The translations under genes and the position numbers were made by a program. From an uncultured Candidatus Peribacteria bacterium (GTDB lineage: Bacteria; Patescibacteriota; Gracilibacteria; Peribacterales; Peribacteraceae), in assembly GCA_964558895.1 (NCBI GenBank), contig CAZLFU010000003.1:1-34828 (forward strand): a DNA stretch of 34,828 nt, read 5' to 3'. Position 1 is the stretch's first letter, and each line of letters starts with the position of its first letter. Positions 33,161-34,828 of the stretch are shown in pieces. The notes beneath the pieces are model-generated. The model was not told where the DNA came from and did no database searches. It saw only the letters and a list, made by a program, of their open reading frames with translations.

Positions 33161-34030
33161 TCATACAGTTTCTAGTGTTCCATCTTGTCCGTAAAATCGC
33201 ATTTCCACCTCGAGTGGCTCTTCTATCTTCTCGCGTACAGTCTGTACCAATTTTTTTGTATCTTCGTATGTTCCATTTCCTTCATTAATCAAAAAATTGG
33301 CGTGCTTTTCTGCAATGCGGATGGTGCCAACTTGGTGCCCTCGCAACTGTGCTGCATCAATCAATTTCCAAGCGGGTGTATCACCTACTGCTTTAAAACA
33401 CGACCCAGCAGTTTTGATGTGAGGCTGTGTTTCGATACGTTTTTGAAGAAGCTTTTCGATATCTTGCGCAATTTCGCTTGAAGGCCTTGAAGGAACGTCC
33501 AATGTTACTTCCCAAATAATAGGTATGGAATCGAGATGTTTAAACATGCTTTCTCTGTATGCAAATTCGCATTCGGATTGAGGGAGTGACTTCCACTCGC
33601 CTTGGATGAGTGCAGTTACATTTTGCACAAAACTATCTATCCATATACCAGTTGGTCCTTGTCCTGCATTTCCGAAAATTGCTCCTCCTACAGTGCCGAG
33701 AATTCCCGTAAGAGGGGAGAGGTCGAGTCCTTCCTTCGCAAGCTCATTGATGAGCATAGCCAAATTTTTTCCAGATTGAACTTTGATAGTATTTCCTTCT
33801 CTTTGAACAGCATCTGCTTTTATGCGAAGCACTACAGCATCTACTGTGCCATCTGCAAACACAGTGTTGGAACCTCCACCAAGTACAATGAGTGGTAGCC
33901 CTTTTTCCTTTGCAATACACCAAGCTTCCTCAATTTCTTCTTTTGTTGTTGGTTCCACAAAATATCGCGCATTTCCCCCAATGCGCATAGTTGTCTTTTG
34001 CCCAATTGAGACGTTTTCTCGTAGCTCCAT
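33161..34030 (-). CDS. murB: UDP-N-acetylenolpyruvoylglucosamine reductase
   Basis: 289 aa. It has the FAD-binding start (T.RIGG.A.YF.EP) and the motifs GGGSN, AG..W and GSCFKN-like GSCFKA. TACAGT (34038-34043) lies 7 nt upstream of the ATG. Confidence 0.88.
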   Translation of the reverse strand: MELRENVSIGQKTTMRIGGNARYFVEPTTKEEIEEAWCIAKEKGLPLIVLGGGSNTVFADGTVDAVVLRIKADAVQREGNTIKVQSGKNLAMLINELAKEGLDLSPLTGILGTVGGAIFGNAGQGPTGIWIDSFVQNVTALIQGEWKSLPQSECEFAYRESMFKHLDSIPIIWEVTLDVPSRPSSEIAQDIEKLLQKRIETQPHIKTAGSCFKAVGDTPAWKLIDAAQLRGHQVGTIRIAEKHANFLINEGNGTYEDTKKLVQTVREKIEEPLEVEMRFYGQDGTLETV

Positions 34031-34045
34031 CCTCTGTACTGTATC

Positions 34046-34519
34046 TCACTTCTTCGAAAACAGCATAGAGATTTTGTCCATAGTTTCTACCACTTTCTCG
34101 GCCTGTTTGGTCTTCTGTTGCGTGCGAGCCAGTACAAATACGAGCAAGCCAATTACAAGCAGGCTTCCGGAAACAAAGAAGAGTTCTTTCTTGCCAAATG
34201 TGATACTGAAGAACGAGAGAAGCAGCTGGCTAAATGCGGCAAGAAAAATGCCTACGACAATTCCAGATCCAAGTGTTACCAGTACGTAGTGAGATTTTCC
34301 CGCGTTGATATCCTGTTCGGTACTCGCGATATCTGTGAGGAGTGTTGTATTGATAATCACTGGTTCGTTACTCCAATTTTTAAAGAGGCCGAGCACTCTG
34401 CGCTCGAGAATAAGTGTCACCAATGTTTTAAAAGGCACAGCAGTTTTTCCCTCGATAACTGCTTTGGAATGTTCTGCGCGAATACTTACTTCGTAATCTG
34501 AGGAAAGTCGTTTGGACAT
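34046..34519 (-). CDS. Hypothetical membrane protein (157 aa)
   Basis: Two C-terminal TM helices (VLVTLGSGIVVGIFLAAF, LFFVSGSLLVIGLLVFVLA). I prefer the ATG at 34519 because TACACT (34526-34531) lies 6 nt upstream. The alternative ATG is at 34537. Confidence 0.55.
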   Translation of the reverse strand: MSKRLSSDYEVSIRAEHSKAVIEGKTAVPFKTLVTLILERRVLGLFKNWSNEPVIINTTLLTDIASTEQDINAGKSHYVLVTLGSGIVVGIFLAAFSQLLLSFFSITFGKKELFFVSGSLLVIGLLVFVLARTQQKTKQAEKVVETMDKISMLFSKK

Positions 34520-34577
34520 GAATGTAGTGTAGAACATTCGTAAGTGTCTGGCCAGTGTTACCCTTATTGAGAGTTTT

Positions 34578-34689
34578 CATGATTGTCATTCTGAGTAGCT
34601 TGTCCTCAGTTGTCTTTTTGTCATCCTGGGAAGCCTGTCCTTAGTTCCCCCTTTGTCATCCTGAGCCCTGTCGAAGGATGACAATCATG
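34578..34689. repeat. Three 35-nt-period imperfect direct repeats bracketed by a 12-nt inverted repeat
   Basis: The units start at 34583, 34618 and 34653 (ttgtcatYctgRg...), and units 1 and 2 match at 22 of 27 positions. The inverted repeat is catgattgtcat 34578-89 with atgacaatcatg 34678-89. Unit 3 also contains an inner 9-bp stem, tgtcatcct/aggatgaca. Confidence 0.7.
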
Positions 34690-34704
34690 GCCTGCCTATT
34701 CCTT

Positions 34705-34732
34705 TCCACTTTCTTTTTGAAAAGAAAGTGGA
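34705..34732. terminator. 12-bp hairpin tccactttcttt-ttga-aaagaaagtgga
   Basis: Perfect stem. It has the same tccac...gtgga design as the hairpin at 13522-13547. The transcript it serves is unknown because the window ends here. Confidence 0.4.
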
Positions 34733-34828
34733 GAAAGAAAACAGTCGCTTAAGAAAAAATTCCTACGCATGCAATGGCTCACAGGGCTGAAAAGTGCAAA
34801 CTCCTCGCTTCGTATTCACTCCGCTCGT

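Noticed and set aside
34583-34684. Possible mini-CRISPR from three ~27-nt repeats with a 35-nt period
   Set aside because: The spacers would be only ~8 nt, the repeats are imperfect, there are only three units, and there are no cas genes.
1-34828. Alternative genetic code (UGA recoded, as in Gracilibacteria/Absconditabacteria)
   Set aside because: TGA serves as a sensible stop at several well-defined gene ends (6541-6543, 9867-9869, nrdR 16122-16124, murB 33161-33163). The conserved genes are full length under the standard code.

Overview
AT-rich bacterial chromosomal window that uses the standard genetic code, since TGA stops fall at gene boundaries. Many orphan, low-complexity or secreted proteins sit among compact housekeeping genes, which suggests a small-genome CPR/Patescibacteria-like organism (inference only). 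The layout is as follows. (1) 1-336: a DnaA-box cluster (oriC-like) upstream of dnaN and mfd. (2) 4.8-9.9 kb: three plus-strand orphan genes for acidic or modular proteins. (3) 9.9-12.3 kb: a small AT-rich island next to tRNA-Leu(UAG). Four decayed copies of the tRNA 3' end subdivide it, and it carries three orphan genes, two of them for membrane proteins. (4) A very charged ER/K-rich protein gene, then an unassigned GC-rich structured element directly downstream of aspS. (5) A four-helix-bundle (23S rRNA IVS-type) gene bracketed by perfect 25-bp inverted repeats between aspS and nrdR. (6) tsaC, a bPH-domain membrane protein gene and dnaE. (7) 22.2-31.9 kb: a tightly coupled six-gene minus-strand operon. 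It encodes five orphan cysteine-rich secreted proteins (one with an HExxH zincin motif, one of 1162 aa) followed by a type IV pilin-like gene. This is my best candidate for an undescribed system. (8) A two-OB-fold ssb, murB, a membrane protein gene and a terminal repeat/hairpin cluster. Across the window, many genes carry a TAnnnT -10-like hexamer 6-7 nt upstream of the start codon, which suggests widespread leaderless transcription. I found no CRISPR array, rRNA, transposase or integrase.
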